From the human T2T-CHM13v2.0 reference genome, Homo sapiens, in the NCBI RefSeq assembly GCF_009914755.1, contig NC_060929.1: 64,000 nt of DNA; one strand, written 5' to 3'. The notes below the pieces were generated by a model. It saw only the letters and a program-made list of their open reading frames with translations. It ran no database searches and was not told the DNA's origin. Below are positions 59,471-64,000 of this stretch, in pieces; positions within the stretch are counted from its first letter, which is position 1; each line of letters opens with the position of its first letter. Position numbers and translations under genes: made by a program.

Positions 59471-59560
59471 TTTGTTTTGTTTTTTTAAGACAAAGAAATT
59501 ATGTACTACTCTAAGACTACATGAATCTAATACACAGAGTAAATTTAAAAGGAGGACCCG

Positions 59561-59891
59561 GGCCGGGTGCAGTGGCTCACGCCTGTAATCCCAGCACTTT
59601 GGGAGGCCGAGGCGGGCGGATCACGAGGTCAGGAGATCGAGACCATCCTGGCTAACACGGTGAAACCCCGTCTCTACTAAAAATACAAAAAATTAGCCGG
59701 GCGAGGTGGCGGGCGCCTGTAGTCCCAGCTACTCGGGAGGCTGAGGCAGGAGAATGGCGTGAACCCCAGGGGGCGGAGCCTGCAGTGAGCCGAGATTGCG
59801 CCACTGCACTCCAGCCTGGGTGACAGCGAGACTCCGTCTCAAAAAAAAAAAAAAATAAAATAAAATAAAAAAAATAAAAAAAAATAAAAAT
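59561..59891 (+). mobile_element. Young AluY (AluYe5-like) with 14-bp TSD
   Basis: Most CpGs retained; diagnostics GGGCGAGGTGG and GAACCCCAGGGGGCGGAGCCTG; TSD AAAAGGAGGACCCG at 59547-59560 and 59892-59905; TT/AAAA site. Confidence 0.95.
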
Positions 59892-60503
59892 AAAAGGAGG
59901 ACCCGAAGTTCAAATATTACTCCAATATTTTTAAAAGGGGACTCTTTTTTTAAGAAGTTTATTCAAGAGGTTAGTAAGTGGTGGTCAGTGCTGGTATGTC
60001 TTAGCAAAGATGGACAGTTATTAAGATTAAATCAGAAAGGTGGCATAAGACTTATTAAAACTGAGAACAAGGTGTAGATTTGGTCTCTGGTCGTTGAGTG
60101 TGTGGCCCTTCTCAGCTACACACACAGGCAGTGCTTCTCCTCATAGCTTATGGCAGAGATCCTGGTAGAGTTGGAGACTTCAAAGAAGAAAAAGGATTAA
60201 AATGGGGAGATAAAATGTTGTGGAAAGAGAATAACTGTTAGAATCTTTATCTGATAGACATCTCTAGAAGTTTCTGGCCTAGCTCTCTTCTTTTTCTCTC
60301 CCTAGGAGCCTCATCTTTTTAAGAGACATTTCTAAGACTTGTTATTTTATTTTATCAGTAACATTAAATTCCTTAAAGACTTTGCAGCTGAAAGAATAGA
60401 AGGAAGGAGGGAGATTGTATTTTATGAGGGTTACCCATATCTAGGGTATGTATACAGTTGAAATTGAGGATTTTTTAAAGACTACCTAATGGATATTGGT
60501 AAC

Positions 60504-60879
60504 TGATATGGTTTGGCTGTGTGCTGACCCAAATCTCATCTTGAACTGTAGCTCATCTAATCCCCACGTGTCATGGGAAGGACCCTGTGGGAGGTAATTA
60601 AATCATGGGGGCAGTTACCTCCGTGCTGTTCTCATGATAGTGAGTGAGTTCTCACTAGATCTGATGGTTTTATAAGGGGATCTCCCCCACCTTCACTCTG
60701 CACATCTCTTTCTTGCCACCATGTGAAGAAGGACATGTTTGCTTCCCCTTCTGCTATGATTATAAGTTTCCTGAGGCCTCCCCAGCCCTGCAGAACTGTG
60801 AGTCAATTAAACCTCTTTCCTTTATAAATTAGGCAGTCTCAGGTATGTCCTCGTAGCAATATGGAAATAGACTAATACA
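60504..60879 (+). mobile_element. THE1C/D solo LTR with 5-bp TSD
   Basis: TGATATGGTTTGGCTGTGT..ACTAATACA; TSD GTAAC at 60499-60503 and 60880-60884. Confidence 0.95.
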
Positions 60880-61533
60880 GTAACTAATGCAGTAATTAAT
60901 ACCAAGGCAAAAGAAAAAGTGGGAATTCAAAGCTTTAAAAGCTTAAGCTTGGCCCTGGTTAGGGAAAATTTGCAATGCTTTTCTAGTTCTCACCTTTCTT
61001 ATCAAACACTTAGGGCAAATTTTAAAGTGATAGTATCATAGAATGTTAAATAATCTTGTCTGGTACACTGAAGTGCAGGGAGTTAAGTAACTTGTCTAAA
61101 ATCACACAAATATAAAATATAAATGTTTCTGACATAGAGGAGAAAAGAAGAATAGCTACAGAGTTCCAAATATGTTTATCATTCAAATAGAAGTTTGGTC
61201 AGAGGCTTTGACTAACAAGATTTAACAACTTTATTTACATATATTCAAATATTACTGACTTAACTATAAAAGGTTTGTTGTGTGGAAACCGGTCTGAAAT
61301 TTTTGAAACTTAAATATCTTCTTTAGGATTAAAACAGTCCCATGAAAAAAAATACAAGACAAAACTAGAGAAGAGAATAGCAGGGGTAGTCTAAATGCTT
61401 AAATGAAGTACAAATCTTATGATAATTATTTAAAAATTAAATGCTTATGATAGCATTTCCTTATATAAAGAAGCTATTTTGACAAAATCACTCTAGATAA
61501 TACTGAAAATAATTTTTCAACATAAGATTTTTA

Positions 61534-62511
<978 letters not shown>

Positions 62512-62525
62512 AAGAAATAATCATG

Positions 62526-64000
62526 GAACAGGAACAGTTCCAGTTGACAGTTCCCAGTGTGAGTGACGCAGAAGATGGGTGATTTCTGTATTTCCAACTG
62601 AAGTAACGGGTTCATCTCACTGGGGAGTGTCAGAAAGTGGGTGCAGGAGAGTGGGTGCAGCACACTGAGCATGAGCCAAAGCAGGGCGAGGCATCACCTC
62701 ACCCGGGAAGTGCAAGGTTTCAGGGAATTCCCTTTCCTAGTCAAAGAAAGGGGTGACAGATGGCACCTGGAAAATCGTGTCACTCCCACCCTAATAGTGT
62801 GCATTTCCAACAGTCTTAGCAAATGGCACACCAGGAGATTATATGCCCTGCCTGGCTCAGAGGGTCCTATGCCCACAGAGCCTCGCTCATTGCTAGCACA
62901 GCAGTCTGAAATCAAACTGCAAGGAGGCAGCGAGGTTGGGGGAGGGGAACCCACCATTGCCGAGGCGTGAGTAGGTAAACAAAGTGGCTGGGAAGCTTGA
63001 ACAGGCTGGAGCCCAGAGCAGCTCAAGGAGGCCAGCCTGCCTCTGTAGATGCCACCTCTGGGGGCAGGGTACAGCCAAACAAAAGGCAGCAGAATCCTCT
63101 GCAGACTTATATGTCCCTGTCTGACAGCTTTGAAGAGAGTAGTGGTTCTCCCAGCACGCAGCTGGAGATCTGAGAACGGACAGACTGCCTCCTCAAGTGG
63201 GTTCCTGACCCCTGAGTAGCCTAACTGGGAGGCACCCCTCCGTAGGGGCAGACTGACACCTCACATGGCTGGGTACTCCTCTGTAAAACTTCCAGAGGAA
63301 AAATCAGGCAGCAACATCTGGTGCTCACCAATATCCACTGTTCTGCAGCCTCCACTGCTGATACCCAGGCAAACAGGGTCTGGAGTGGACCTCCAGCAAA
63401 CTCCAACAGACCTGCAGCTGAGGGTCCTGACTGTCAGAAGGAAAACTAACAAACAGAAAGGACATCCACACCAAAACCCCATCTGTACGTCACCATCATC
63501 AAAGACCAAAGGTAGATAAAACCACAAAGATGGGGAAAAAACAGAGCAGAAAAACTGGAAACTCTAAAAATCAAAGCACCTCTCCTCCTCCACAGGAATG
63601 CAGCTCCTCACCAGCAACAGAACAAAGCTGGACGGAGAATGACTTTGATGAGCTGAGAGAAGAAGGCTTCAGATGATCAAACTAATCCGAGCTAAAGAAG
63701 GAAGTTCGAACCCATGGCAAAGAGGTTAAAAACCTTGAAAAAAAATTAGATGAATGGCTAACTTGAATAACCAATGCAGAAAAGTCCTTAAAGGACCAGA
63801 TGGAGATGAAAACCAAGACACGAGAACTACGTGACAAACGCATAAGCCTCAGTAGCCTATTCGATCAACTGGAAGAAAGGGTATCAGTGATGGAAGATGA
63901 AATGAATGAAATGAAGTGTGAAGAGAAGTTTAGAGAAAAAAGAAAAAAAAAAGAAATGAACAAAGCCTCTGAGAAATACAGGACTATGTGAAAAGACCAA
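62526..64000 (+). mobile_element. L1PA4/5-like 5'UTR and start of broken ORF1; runs off window
   Basis: GAACAGGAACAGTTCCAG..GTGAGTGACGCAGAAGATGGG; ORF1 start ATGGGGAAAAAACAGAGC at ~63530 with early stop. Confidence 0.93.
62694..62957 (-). CDS. ORF0: L1 ORF0 homologue (87 aa, open)
   Basis: MVGSPPPTSLPPCSLISDCCASNERGSVG..; ATG context GCAATGG. Confidence 0.4.
   Translation of the reverse strand: MVGSPPPTSLPPCSLISDCCASNERGSVGIGPSEPGRAYNLLVCHLLRLLEMHTIRVGVTRFSRCHLSPLSLTRKGNSLKPCTSRVR

Overview
AT-rich, CpG-depleted primate genomic DNA, most likely human or another great ape (AluY-lineage and L1HS/L1PA2-type insertions). No intact cellular protein-coding gene, RNA gene or CRISPR array can be supported. 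About half of the window (my tally is roughly 34 kb of 64 kb) is LINE-1 of many ages; the rest includes Alu, MIR, L2, MaLR LTR elements (a complete THE1 provirus with TSDs, solo LTRs) and DNA transposon fossils (MER6-like, Cheshire/MER58-like). Almost all listed ORFs are L1, Alu or THE1 derived, or noise. The most unusual structure is a ~9.9 kb L1 quasi-palindrome (18323-28182). It consists of two ~3.05 kb copies of the 5' half of an L1PA6-like element joined tail to tail at a 4-nt microhomology. Both outer ends are exact L1 5' termini, there is no poly(A) or TSD, and the arms share non-consensus variants; a younger L1 later inserted into the left arm. Other notable items: a twin-primed L1 whose sense part is essentially only poly(A), stacked on the same target site as a 5'-complete L1; a three-layer L1 nest; locally templated insertion scars; three open ORF0 frames; and a candidate minus-strand micro-exon. 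Subfamily names come from recalled consensus diagnostics, not from a database search. I see no evidence of a novel multi-gene system.
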